Assembly: GCA_964503065.1 (NCBI GenBank)
Contig: CAZCYX010000002.1
Location: 118 to 64,117 of the forward strand
Reading direction: 5' to 3'
Length of the DNA: 64,000 bases
Origin: an uncultured Candidatus Bathyarchaeia archaeon
Lineage (GTDB): Archaea; Thermoproteota; Bathyarchaeia; Bathyarchaeales; Bathyarchaeaceae
Shown: one piece after another, positions 9,796 through 19,684 of the stretch
Layout: each line of letters opens with the position of its first letter
How positions within the stretch are numbered: position 1 is the stretch's first letter
Translations under genes and position numbers: made by a program
Notes under the pieces: generated by a model
Seen by the model: the letters and a program-made list of their open reading frames with translations, nothing else
The model's database searches: none
Told to the model about the DNA's origin: nothing

Positions 9796-10383
9796 GTGTC
9801 TCTTAACCTAGAAGAACCCTTGCTTCTTGTCCTTTTGCTTTTTCTTCTTTTGTTGCTGAGCCTACAATATAAGCCGGCCTTATTGAAACTCAAAAAGACC
9901 TGGTTTTTTGTGGGTTTAGTCTCTCTGTTATGGATTATTGCAGTATTCTCTTTTCAACATATTCTGCGCTCAACGCTTCCCTACCTGTTTCCTGTACTTG
10001 GCATTGCTGCAATTCTCATACTTGCTATTGGGGGAATCAAAGGTACAATTCAATCCCGACAAAAACGTAAATATCAAAAAACTCGCCCAAGTCTTCCGCC
10101 TGCAGAAGTAAAGAAGAGAAAACCTCCGTATAGCATAGATTTCTCTGATGAACAGAAATGTCCACGATGTAATGTTGGCACTTTGCGACTGGTCAGTGAG
10201 GTGCGTGAAAACCCTGTAACGCCGGCAGATCCAGATACTCCTTTTTTCAGTGTAACTTACAACGTTTTGGTACGTAGGAGAATTTGCCAAAGCTGTGGTT
10301 ACGAGCTGACTGAGCGTGAATTGCAGAGAGGAAGACGATTCTTCAGAGACAGTGAAGGAAACGTCTGGATTTCACTTTACTAG
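9796..10383 (+). CDS. Membrane protein with C-terminal zinc ribbon
   Basis: Three N-terminal TM segments; CPRC...CQSC pairs. Confidence 0.7.
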   Translation: MSLNLEEPLLLVLLLFLLLLLSLQYKPALLKLKKTWFFVGLVSLLWIIAVFSFQHILRSTLPYLFPVLGIAAILILAIGGIKGTIQSRQKRKYQKTRPSLPPAEVKKRKPPYSIDFSDEQKCPRCNVGTLRLVSEVRENPVTPADPDTPFFSVTYNVLVRRRICQSCGYELTERELQRGRRFFRDSEGNVWISLY

Positions 10384-10492
10384 CCAAAATGAATTAAGCG
10401 TATCGCGTGCGTTCAATTCCCATTGTTTCTTTTTTGCAGTAATAAAAGTTTATAAGTTTCACTTCTTGTTCAAGTTTTCTGAGGTCGAATAC

Positions 10493-11455
10493 ATGAACTT
10501 ATGGAAACTCCGTTTCTCCATATTCGGAAGCTTAGCCGTCATAATTGGATTGTCAACACTATTTCTCACAGTTCTCCTAAGCTTAACCGGCATCTTCAAC
10601 TATCTTACCTTAATTCTTTTCGTTGTCTTGCTTAATTTTGCTCAATGGCTTTTTGCTCCCTATCTCATCAAAGCTCTATATCATATACGAGAGGTCTCAA
10701 GATCAGAAGATCCCAAACTATATGGCATGGTAGAGCGGCTAAGCCAAAAAAGTGGCATCAAAATGCCTAAAGTCATGATAGCTCAGATTCCACTACCAAA
10801 TGCATTTGCTTATGGCTCACCAATTGGTGGAAGTAGAGTAGCCGTGACAACAGGCTTGTTAAAAACCTTAGAAAGTGAAGAGGTTGAGGCGGTTATTGGT
10901 CACGAACTGGGACATCTCAAGCATAGGGATGTGCAAGTAATGATGTTTGTCTCAGTCTTACCAGCACTATTCTACTGGATAGGTTACATTACATTTCTTT
11001 CCAGCGCTTACGGCAAAAAAGAAAGAGATAGTGGAGCTGCTGCCATCATTGGAATTGTAAGTATGCTCCTCTATTGGGTTCTTACGCTGTTCACTTTATA
11101 TTTGAGCAGATTGCGAGAATACTACGCCGACCGCCACAGTGCCATGATAGTTGAAGAAGGCCCCCGCAAACTCTCCGAAGGCTTAGCAAAAATAGTTCAC
11201 TCAACTAAGAACTTGAAGAGATTCCAACGAAACATAGGTGGTTTCAACTCCTTCAAGTCTCTTTTCATAGCAGACCCCGACCGAGCAGAATCAGACGTCA
11301 CATCTTTAGCAGGTGCCAGAACAGACCTAACTGATCAGAAACTTGTGGAAAAAGTCCTTAGAAGTGAAGTAACCACCTTCGATAAGGTAATGGAAGTTTT
11401 CTCGAGCCATCCGAACATAGTCAAGCGCTTAAGAGCACTCAAGGAACTGGCATAA
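10493..11455 (+). CDS. htpX: HtpX-family M48 zinc metalloprotease
   Basis: PNAFAYG, HELGH zincin motif, REYYAD, SSHP; GAGGT RBS before ATG 10493. Confidence 0.9.
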   Translation: MNLWKLRFSIFGSLAVIIGLSTLFLTVLLSLTGIFNYLTLILFVVLLNFAQWLFAPYLIKALYHIREVSRSEDPKLYGMVERLSQKSGIKMPKVMIAQIPLPNAFAYGSPIGGSRVAVTTGLLKTLESEEVEAVIGHELGHLKHRDVQVMMFVSVLPALFYWIGYITFLSSAYGKKERDSGAAAIIGIVSMLLYWVLTLFTLYLSRLREYYADRHSAMIVEEGPRKLSEGLAKIVHSTKNLKRFQRNIGGFNSFKSLFIADPDRAESDVTSLAGARTDLTDQKLVEKVLRSEVTTFDKVMEVFSSHPNIVKRLRALKELA

Positions 11456-11480
11456 CAGCATAGTTTCTAGTTGCCTAACT

Positions 11481-13031
11481 CTATGCCACAATCCTACCAA
11501 TAGTGTGGAGAAGCTCTGTGCTTCGAATCAGTTCCACAACAGTTTCTATATCTTTTGTTAAGACTCTATCCTCCCTCAGCATGGGCACCTTCTTTCTGAT
11601 TAATGAATAAGCTGCTTTGGTTCCTTTTCCAAGTTTATCAGGTCCACGAAAATCTACGCCTTGAACTGCACATAACAATTCAATAGCCACGATGTGCTCA
11701 ACGTTTCTAAGGATTTCAATCGCTTTTCTTGCAGCAATCGGTCCCATGCTTACGAAGTCTTCAAAGTTTGCAGAGGTTGGAATTGAGTCAACACTTGCTG
11801 GATGTGCTAAGGTTTTGTTCTCTGAAGTTAAGGCAGCAGCCGTGTATTGAGCAGTCATAAAACCACTATGTATTCCTTTGCATGCTTCTTTAGGAATTAG
11901 AAACGCTGGCAGTCCTTGGTTAAGGTTTTCATCTATGAGTCGGGCAATCCTTCTCTCGGACATGTTACCAATTATGGTTAAGATTATGCTCAACATGTCC
12001 ATCGCAACTGATATTGGTTGCCCATGGAAGTTTCCGCCAGACAGACAAGCTTTTTCCTCAATAAAGATTAGGGGATTATCCGTGGCAGCATTGATCTCAG
12101 TTTCAATTATTCTCCTCACGTAAGAGAGAGCGTCTCTAGCTGCACCTATAACTTGGGGAGTGCATCTCAGGCTGTAGGGATCCTGTGGAGGTCTTCCTTC
12201 ATTGTTTGTTATCACTTCGCTGCTTGATTTGATTATTTTGCTGCCTGATATTAGAGACTTTATGTTTTGTGCACTCGTGATTTGTCCTGGATGTGGTCTG
12301 GCTTGATGGATTCTCTCGTCGAAGGCATCAGATATTCCGCTTAGAGCTTCAAGACTGAGAGAAGCGGCGATTTCAGCAGTTTTAATCAGTCTCTCTGCAT
12401 CGTGAAGTGTCAAGACTGCAATGGCAGTCATCATTTGTGTGCCATTGTTTAGGGCTATTCCTTCTTTTGAATCCAGCTCCACTGGGGGGATTCCAGCTTT
12501 TCTCATTGCTTCTTTTCCGCCTATTTTTTCTCCTTTGTATTCGGCTTCGCCTTCACCTATTATTACTAGTGTCATATGTGAGAGTGGAGCGAGGTCTCCA
12601 CTTGCACCAACAGACCCTTTTTCTGGAATTACAGGATGCACTTCCTTGTTTATCATCTGAACCAATGTCTCTAGGGTTTCCAACCGAATTCCCGAGTTTC
12701 CTTTAGCAAGGGTATTAGCCCGTAACAGCATCAAAGCACGTGTAACGTCTTTATCCAGAGCTTTTCCAACTCCTGCAGAATGACTTCTAATCAAATTGGT
12801 TTGGAGTTCTTTGATGTGTTCGGGTGAAATTATTATGCTTCCTAGGGCTCCAAAACCAGTGGTAACACCATATACCACTTTTTTCTCCTTTATGAGGTCT
12901 TCCAGAATCTGCCTACATCTCTCTACTTTATGTTTTACTTTTTGTGGAATTTCAACTTCCACATGATCACGCGCTACTGCAACCACATCTTCTATGGATA
13001 GATTTTCGCCGTCAATATACACTTTAACCAT
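11481..13031 (-). CDS. hutH: Histidine ammonia-lyase
   Basis: YGVTTGFG, GSVGASGDLAPL (MIO-forming ASG), QDPYSLRC, GGNFHG. Confidence 0.95.
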   Translation of the reverse strand: MVKVYIDGENLSIEDVVAVARDHVEVEIPQKVKHKVERCRQILEDLIKEKKVVYGVTTGFGALGSIIISPEHIKELQTNLIRSHSAGVGKALDKDVTRALMLLRANTLAKGNSGIRLETLETLVQMINKEVHPVIPEKGSVGASGDLAPLSHMTLVIIGEGEAEYKGEKIGGKEAMRKAGIPPVELDSKEGIALNNGTQMMTAIAVLTLHDAERLIKTAEIAASLSLEALSGISDAFDERIHQARPHPGQITSAQNIKSLISGSKIIKSSSEVITNNEGRPPQDPYSLRCTPQVIGAARDALSYVRRIIETEINAATDNPLIFIEEKACLSGGNFHGQPISVAMDMLSIILTIIGNMSERRIARLIDENLNQGLPAFLIPKEACKGIHSGFMTAQYTAAALTSENKTLAHPASVDSIPTSANFEDFVSMGPIAARKAIEILRNVEHIVAIELLCAVQGVDFRGPDKLGKGTKAAYSLIRKKVPMLREDRVLTKDIETVVELIRSTELLHTIGRIVA

Positions 13032-13119
13032 GCTCTTACCCTTCCTTCTAACATTCAGATGGTGTAATTTATTAAATATTGCAAGAAAAACTCTGCTTAA
13101 CTTCAGAGAAAAAAATTTG

Positions 13120-13590
13120 CTAAGTTACCTTTTTCCAAGGTATGCGGGTGTCGGCGTACACAACTCCACGCTTGGCTCTTTTTTCCTGTTCTTTAAGCCA
13201 AGCCTTCAATCCAGTTTTTTGTAGGCGTCTTCCATCTTGGATAACTGTCACGTAGTGTTCTGCTAAGTTGTTGATTAGGTCGCATGGATACTCTTTGCAT
13301 AGGGGACACGTGTCAACCCCTTTTTCTTTGGCGCAAATTCTTATGCGGCAGTCTGGGGGACCTCCTCCTGTTCTGCATGTGCAATCCATTTTTGTGAGTT
13401 CTCTTAGAAACTTCCAGAAGACAGGAAATGTCTCTTTCATAGATGGGATATACTTGTACCAGGAGTCCATGCCTTCATCGTGAAGTGTTTCCTTCAGCAA
13501 CTTTGCACGCTTCGGAATCCTTGCTCTGTGGGCGCATAAACCGCAGTATAGCCCACAATATGCTACAAGTCGAAGATTGTTCTCAGTCAT
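13120..13590 (-). CDS. DUF3795-family Cys-rich protein
   Basis: AYCGLYCGLC, CTCRTGGG..C.IR.CA, C.LC.EYPC; likely start MTENN at 13590. Confidence 0.8.
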   Translation of the reverse strand: MTENNLRLVAYCGLYCGLCAHRARIPKRAKLLKETLHDEGMDSWYKYIPSMKETFPVFWKFLRELTKMDCTCRTGGGPPDCRIRICAKEKGVDTCPLCKEYPCDLINNLAEHYVTVIQDGRRLQKTGLKAWLKEQEKRAKRGVVYADTRIPWKKVT

Positions 13591-13639
13591 GGGTAGATAG
13601 AAACGCTGAAAGAGATAAATGTCTTTCCACAAACCAGCA

Positions 13640-15289
13640 TCATTTCAGCATGGGCATTTTAATGTCCTTCAGTTTCGCTATTTTCTTGGCTTTTTCATAG
13701 CCTGCATCTGCATGTCTAACTATAGCTGTTCCCGGATCAGTAGTTAGGACTCGGAGAAGTCTTTTCTCAGCTTCCTTTGTGCCGTCTGCGACTAGGCACA
13801 TTCCAGCGTGAATGCTGTAGCCTATTCCAACGCCTCCGCCGTGGTGTACTGAAACCCATGTTGCTCCAGCAACAGCATTTAATAAGGCGTTTAGGATGGG
13901 CCAGTCTGCGATGGCGTCGCTTCCGTCTCGCATTCCCTCTGTTTCTCTGTTTGGAGAGGCGACGCTGCCACCGTCTAAGTGGTCTCGTCCGATCCAGATG
14001 GGACCTGAAAGTTCCTTTTTGCGAACCATGTCGTTCATGATCTTTCCGAATTTATCTCTTTCACCAAATCCAAGCCAACAGACTCGAGCTGGTAATCCCT
14101 GAAACTTGACCTGTTCTTTTGCCTTTCTTATCCAGCGACACAGTTCATGGTTATAGGAGAATTCTTTTAGGATGACATCGTCAAGGGTGAATATGTCTTC
14201 AGGATCACCTACAAGGGAGGTCCATCTGAAGGGGCCTCTTCCTTCACAAAACATTGGTCTAATGTATCTTTTTACAAAGCCTGGAAAGGCGAAGGCTTCT
14301 TTACATCCGTCGTCGTATGCTTGTTGTCGTATGTTGTTGCCGTACTCGAAAGTAACCGCACCTTTTTGCATCATCTGTATCATGGCTTTTACTTGAATAT
14401 GGATGCTTTTCTTTGCTTCTTTAACGTATTTTTCAGGGTCATTTTCTCGAAGTTCATCTGCTTCCTCTTTGGAAAGGGCAGCAGGGTAATATCCGTTGAG
14501 TGGATCATGGGCGGAAGTTTGATCTGTTAGAACGTCTGGAATAACCCCTTTTTTCACGAGTTCTGGGTGGACCTCGGCGGCGTTGCCGAGCAATCCGATG
14601 CTTTTCGGTGCTTTCTCTTTTTTCGCTTGCTGTGTCATTTCAATGGCGTCGTTAAGGTTGTCGGTCCATGTTTCGAGGTAGCCATGTTTAAGTCTTCTCT
14701 CGATCGCTTTCTTGTTGATTTCAACTATTAGGGCGATGCCTTCGTTCATTGTTGTTGCTAGTGGTTGTGCTCCTCCCATTTCGCCGAGACCCGCCGTTAA
14801 CACAAGTTTTCCTTTTAGGGTTCCTTGGAAGTGTTCTTTGGCGACGGCTGCTAGGGTTTCGTAGGTTCCTTGTAGGATGCCTTGTGTTCCTATGTATGCC
14901 CAGGAGCCTGCAGTCATTTGTCCAAACATGATTAGTCCTTTTTGTTCTAGTTCGTAGAAGTAGTCCCATGTTGCCCATTTTGGCACGAGCATGCTGTTCA
15001 CGATTAGGGCTCGAGGAGCCCACTCATGCGTTTTGAAGACTGCGACTGGCTTTCCACTCTGAATTAAAAGGGTTTCATCGGATTCTAACTCGGTGAGGGC
15101 TTTCACGATTTTGTCGAGGCATTCCCAGTTTCGCGCTGCCTTTCCTGTTCCACCATATACGATGAGGGTTTTTGGGTCTTTTGCAACTTCTGGGTCAACG
15201 ACGTTGTGTAGCATGCGGAGGATGCCTTCGATTTGCCAGTTTCTGCAGTGTAACTCTGGACCAGTTATGCATTTGGCTTTGTTTTTCAA
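13640..15289 (-). CDS. hutU: Urocanate hydratase
   Basis: [55 protein letters not shown]. Confidence 0.96.
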   Translation of the reverse strand: MKNKAKCITGPELHCRNWQIEGILRMLHNVVDPEVAKDPKTLIVYGGTGKAARNWECLDKIVKALTELESDETLLIQSGKPVAVFKTHEWAPRALIVNSMLVPKWATWDYFYELEQKGLIMFGQMTAGSWAYIGTQGILQGTYETLAAVAKEHFQGTLKGKLVLTAGLGEMGGAQPLATTMNEGIALIVEINKKAIERRLKHGYLETWTDNLNDAIEMTQQAKKEKAPKSIGLLGNAAEVHPELVKKGVIPDVLTDQTSAHDPLNGYYPAALSKEEADELRENDPEKYVKEAKKSIHIQVKAMIQMMQKGAVTFEYGNNIRQQAYDDGCKEAFAFPGFVKRYIRPMFCEGRGPFRWTSLVGDPEDIFTLDDVILKEFSYNHELCRWIRKAKEQVKFQGLPARVCWLGFGERDKFGKIMNDMVRKKELSGPIWIGRDHLDGGSVASPNRETEGMRDGSDAIADWPILNALLNAVAGATWVSVHHGGGVGIGYSIHAGMCLVADGTKEAEKRLLRVLTTDPGTAIVRHADAGYEKAKKIAKLKDIKMPMLK

Positions 15290-15641
15290 TTTTCTTCACT
15301 TGTCATTAGGCGGTTAAACGAGAGGAGTGTAATAAGTTTTTGTGGAATTTGTTCTCTCAGTCTTTTGAAATTGTAGCAGGAAAATTTCGTTTTCATTATC
15401 AACTGTCGAATGAAAGCGTATTCTTAGCCTTCTGATTTTGGAATGGGCGTTGCTTTGGGCTCTGCTGGATTGATTGCTATGATAACAGTTGATAAATGGT
15501 TTTCAAGAATGGCTCATAGTTGGACTTTGGAAAACAATTGGTGATATCTTTCGCATGCCCCCTTTTTTCCTGCTTCGCAACCTTTCTTTTATGCCTTGCC
15601 CACGAAACTCTCATATACTATTCATTGGGTCCCTTTCTGGC

Positions 15642-16052
15642 ATGAGATTGCCAATACAAGTTCAAGGAATCTTGTTAAGGAAGATTAACGGAGAAATACA
15701 GTATTTACTTCTAAGGAGAATTCCAGATAGGGGAGGATTCTGGCAGCCTGTAACTGGAGGTGTAGAAGAAGGAGAAAGGAGAATTCAAGCTTTAGAAAGA
15801 GAAGTGAGAGAAGAAACTGGGATAAAAAACATTATTAGAATAATAGACGAGGTCTACTATTCCGAGTTTTTTGATCCACATTTGTTGAAGGAATATGTGT
15901 TTGGTGTCGAGGGTTCTTCAAACGAGAAGATTGTAATTAGTTGGGAGCATTCTGAATATAGATGGTGTGGTTTTGAAGAAGCTCTAAAATTGTTGAAATG
16001 GAAGGAGAATAAAGAAGCCTTAAAAAAACTAAATGAGATTCTGAGTGTGTAG
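15642..16052 (+). CDS. NUDIX hydrolase (NudB/dATP pyrophosphohydrolase-like)
   Basis: WQPVTGGVEEGE...ALEREVREETG Nudix box; EHSEYRW. Confidence 0.88.
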   Translation: MRLPIQVQGILLRKINGEIQYLLLRRIPDRGGFWQPVTGGVEEGERRIQALEREVREETGIKNIIRIIDEVYYSEFFDPHLLKEYVFGVEGSSNEKIVISWEHSEYRWCGFEEALKLLKWKENKEALKKLNEILSV

Positions 16053-16086
16053 AAGTGAATATATCTAGCTTATGATTGCGCGTGCG

Positions 16087-17124
16087 TCAGGTTAGATTCT
16101 TTTGTAGAAACGAATATGCTTTATTTCTCACGTCAAGCGGGAATTCATGTCCTCCTTTATGAATTATAACTTCAAAATTTTTCCTTTTCCTTGTCAATAA
16201 TATCCTAGCCCTTGAACCGAACCACATATCCTTTGATCCATTAGTTGACAGGAAAGGCGTAGGTGGAACCATATCCAAAAAGAAGTCAATGTCTTTATTA
16301 TCAAAACGGAAGTTTGGGATGATTGTGTTTGCTGTTTCCATTCTATTACTGTTTTCAAAATCTTCATAGGAGAAAGTTCCACATGAGTTTACTCCTGCTT
16401 TGATTCTTTTGTCAAACGCTGTTATCATGGATGCCATTTCACCACCGAGAGAATGACCTATTACACCAATTCTATTTGAATCTACATGTTTAATTGAGGT
16501 TAACACAGATACAGCAACGTATAGGTCGTGAATATGTTTTGCCATTAAACAACTTCCATAAAGTAGATATTTTTCGGACAACATTTCTTCGTATCCTCTT
16601 ATAAAACCAGGTTCCTCATAATAATCATCTAATTCCCAATTTGAGTCCCTGTATTCTTCAAAACCTAAAAAATCGGGAGCAAGAACAATAAAACCTTTTT
16701 CACATAATTCTTTTCCATAAGCAAATTGCTTTTTTGATGGAGGTGCTCGATGAGCAGGATCTGGAAAAACTGCTCTAAGTTTAGTATATGTTGGGTCTTT
16801 TACCAACCCAACCACTTCTGACTTGCCTGCATTATATTCATCATTATGCTCATGAAGAGCTAATATACCAGGAACCTTTCTGTTCATTTGTTTAGGTACT
16901 AAAAAATAAGCAAATACTTTCAATTGTGGTTCAACGAAATAAGAAATTTTGTGTAAGAAGAATTCTCCAAAATCCCATTTGTTTACAAAACTGACTTTCT
17001 GATTTTTTGGCAGTATTGGAAATTTGCTTAAATATTTGAATATTTGTTTATTTTCTTTCCTAATGAACCTATATTGGCTATGATTTGAAGTTAGTCCTCT
17101 TTTTTGGACGTCTGCATAGAACAT
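16087..17124 (-). CDS. Alpha/beta hydrolase (dienelactone hydrolase/acetylxylan esterase-like)
   Basis: GVIGHSLGG nucleophile elbow, GGHEF catalytic His; very AT-rich codon usage. Confidence 0.85.
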   Translation of the reverse strand: MFYADVQKRGLTSNHSQYRFIRKENKQIFKYLSKFPILPKNQKVSFVNKWDFGEFFLHKISYFVEPQLKVFAYFLVPKQMNRKVPGILALHEHNDEYNAGKSEVVGLVKDPTYTKLRAVFPDPAHRAPPSKKQFAYGKELCEKGFIVLAPDFLGFEEYRDSNWELDDYYEEPGFIRGYEEMLSEKYLLYGSCLMAKHIHDLYVAVSVLTSIKHVDSNRIGVIGHSLGGEMASMITAFDKRIKAGVNSCGTFSYEDFENSNRMETANTIIPNFRFDNKDIDFFLDMVPPTPFLSTNGSKDMWFGSRARILLTRKRKNFEVIIHKGGHEFPLDVRNKAYSFLQKNLT

Positions 17125-17196
17125 AACAGCTCATTAATCCCCTTTTCGTTCATTAAAGTAACTGTAGGGCATACTTAATAATTGTGCGCGCATTGA

Positions 17197-17634
17197 CTAA
17201 TTATGTGTGATTTTCTTAAAATAAATCAGTTCTGGATCACCTGGATCTAAATTATGTATTATTCCACTTCTTTCATATCTTAGCTTCTTCAATAAACTCT
17301 GCATTGGCTTATTTGATTGATTTGTTGACGTAAATAACTTTTCTTTCTTGCATTTATCTTCTGCATATTTCATCAATTCCGACCCTATTCCCTTTCTTCT
17401 AAAACCTTCTTTCATGTATAGCATTGAAATAAATCCTCCCCCGAACCCCCAAAAGTCATATTCCAAAACGGTATATCCTACTGGTTTTCCTTTGCTTACC
17501 GCCACATAACACCTCTTATTCAACACAGATCTTCTAATAAAATCTCTCCTATCTTTCCTACTCCTAATTTGGGCTATATGATCAAACTTTATAATTTCCT
17601 TTACATCTTCTTGCTTAGCCAACCTTATCTTCAT
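17197..17634 (-). CDS. GNAT N-acetyltransferase
   Basis: FRRKGIGSELM motif A; N..MQSLLKKL.Y. Confidence 0.88.
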   Translation of the reverse strand: MKIRLAKQEDVKEIIKFDHIAQIRSRKDRRDFIRRSVLNKRCYVAVSKGKPVGYTVLEYDFWGFGGGFISMLYMKEGFRRKGIGSELMKYAEDKCKKEKLFTSTNQSNKPMQSLLKKLRYERSGIIHNLDPGDPELIYFKKITHN

Positions 17635-17790
17635 TTTTCACACCCGCACGCAATCGCTTCAATATGCATAGACAAAGATCGAAATCGATTTAAAATTTGT
17701 TTTGAAAAGTCACTCTTCTTGAGGCAAGACCCAAAATTTCCCAGAGCGTTTACATCCCAAGTAGAAGTAAAGGCGTCACACACGCAGAAT

Positions 17791-17869
17791 CCCTCCTAGA
17801 CCTAGGTATACCCGTCTCTGTCTCTCTCCCCCTCTATAGGTAGGGTCTCACACACGCACACACGCATAC
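17791..17869 (-). repeat. Dispersed TATA-polypurine-TATA element, copy 1
   Basis: Minus strand reads TATAGAGGGGGAGAGAGACAGAGACGGGTATA (17807-17838) then CCTAGGTCTAG; similar to 31769-31846. Confidence 0.7.
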
Positions 17870-17872
17870 TTC

Positions 17873-19669
17873 CTAGAGGCTTTTTAGTGGATACCTTTCG
17901 TACTGTAGTTCATACAACTTCTGCAACTTCCCAACATCATCAATCTCCTCAACCTTCTTATCATGCCGAAACCGAACAACCTTCGGAACCCTCAAAGCAA
18001 AACCACTCGTATACTCATCAGTCTCCTGAATCTCCTGATACGTCACCTCAACCACAACTGAAGGCCGAACAAAAACACCTTCACCATCATCACCAATTCT
18101 CATTTGCTCCACCACATCTCTAAGACTAGCCATCACATCCTCAGGCAGATTCGAAACCCTCCCAATCGTATACAGTCTCTTCTTCTCCGGGTCCCGCACA
18201 GCCATAAGAAACGAGGAATAGAGCCCTGCTCTTCGACCTTTCCCATACAAGGCTTTAACAAATGTGCAGTCGATGGTGTCTCTCTCTGGCTTCAGTTTAA
18301 GCCAAGTATAAGTTCTTTCTCCAGCCTCATAAGGTGAATCAAGCTTTTTCAATACGACGCCTTCTAAGCCCTGATGGAGGGCTTCTTCATAAAACCTCAT
18401 CAACTCAATCTCATTTTCGCAGTCCTTTCCCTCAGCCAAACACTCAGGCGGAACAACATCAACCAGATATTTTCTTCTCTCCGAGAACGGTAGATCAGTC
18501 AACTCTCTACCATTCAAGAAAATAATGTCAAAAGCTCTTATCGTAACCCTAACTTTCTCTCTTCTCTGTTTCAACTCCTCCTCAGACAATCTAGTGGGAA
18601 CTGTTCTCTCAAGCAGAACTTGAAAGGGTAGAAAAACTCCATCTTTGTCAACTGCAATGACTTCACTGTCCACGATACAACTGTGAGCATTAAATTTCTC
18701 AACGATTTCGACAACTTCAGGCAGAGTTTGTGATTTTTCAATTCCTCTTCTGGAAAAAAGCCAGATCTGTGTTCCCCATTTATGAACTTGTAGGCGACTT
18801 CCATCAAACTTGAACTCTGCACGTACTGGATATGTCACCTTGTCAGGTTCGTATAGATGAGCAAGTTGAGGCTTCATGAACTGTCCAGGCCGCAGTTTTA
18901 CCGATGATAACCTCAACTCTCCTTCTGGCGCTAGCATAATGCCTTCTGCAATTCCAAGTATAGCACAGGCACCTTCGATAAGTCCCGGCGAAACTCCATA
19001 CGCCTTAGCAGCAGCATGAACCACAGTTCGTTGGTAATAGCCAAGTTTCAAGTCACCAAGAAGAAACCTCACGATGTATTTGGCTTCTACAGGAGTGCTG
19101 ACTCTAAGAAGACTGGAGACGTGAAGGTTTCGCTCTGTGATCTTTGCAATTTTCGGTAAAAGTCTTATTGCTTCGTAAACCTCCTCCACCGTCAATTTCG
19201 CTTCTTTCTCCTTTTTTAGAAGGAAAGCTACTTCGCCGTGTTCCCCATAATCTAAGAGAAGTTGTCTAACTTTGCGAAGGGGTTCGCCAGTGGCAAGGCT
19301 TATTGACCTTTCTACTGTACCTGGACCAACTTTCAAACTCTCATCAGTGACAGCTCCTAGAGCCAAACGGGTTTTCATTTCAAGACTCAAATCTTTTCTT
19401 TGAAAAAACTTGGCCAGTTCGGTCTCTTTTCCTTTCTTGCTTCGTAAAAGGGCTATACGTTCGTAAGTCTTCACTACGCTTGAAAAGGGAACTGGATTGG
19501 TTAACTGAATATCTTCCATGAACAAGCGTGTGAGATAATATGGGATGCCTATCTTCCATTCAATTTCTTCTGGGGGAAATCCAGAATTGAGGAGATGTTG
19601 TATTGCGGCTTTTGGGCTACCGTAGGCTCGAACGAGTTCTTCGAAGGCTGGTGGTTTCACCAAGGTCAT
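17873..19669 (-). CDS. lig: ATP-dependent DNA ligase (divergent, with an extra N-terminal HTH-like segment)
   Basis: Motif I EFKFDG, III VDSEV, IIIa AFDII, IV EGVVLK, V WLKLKP, VI ALRVPKVVRFR.DK. Confidence 0.9.
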   Translation of the reverse strand: MTLVKPPAFEELVRAYGSPKAAIQHLLNSGFPPEEIEWKIGIPYYLTRLFMEDIQLTNPVPFSSVVKTYERIALLRSKKGKETELAKFFQRKDLSLEMKTRLALGAVTDESLKVGPGTVERSISLATGEPLRKVRQLLLDYGEHGEVAFLLKKEKEAKLTVEEVYEAIRLLPKIAKITERNLHVSSLLRVSTPVEAKYIVRFLLGDLKLGYYQRTVVHAAAKAYGVSPGLIEGACAILGIAEGIMLAPEGELRLSSVKLRPGQFMKPQLAHLYEPDKVTYPVRAEFKFDGSRLQVHKWGTQIWLFSRRGIEKSQTLPEVVEIVEKFNAHSCIVDSEVIAVDKDGVFLPFQVLLERTVPTRLSEEELKQRREKVRVTIRAFDIIFLNGRELTDLPFSERRKYLVDVVPPECLAEGKDCENEIELMRFYEEALHQGLEGVVLKKLDSPYEAGERTYTWLKLKPERDTIDCTFVKALYGKGRRAGLYSSFLMAVRDPEKKRLYTIGRVSNLPEDVMASLRDVVEQMRIGDDGEGVFVRPSVVVEVTYQEIQETDEYTSGFALRVPKVVRFRHDKKVEEIDDVGKLQKLYELQYERYPLKSL

Positions 19670-19684
19670 AAGTTTTCACTAAAT

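Noticed and set aside
17807-17838. G-string element as a replication origin (ORB)
   Set aside because: Lacks the TCCA-x-TGGAAA core of ORBs; no cdc6/orc1 gene or AT-rich unwinding element adjacent
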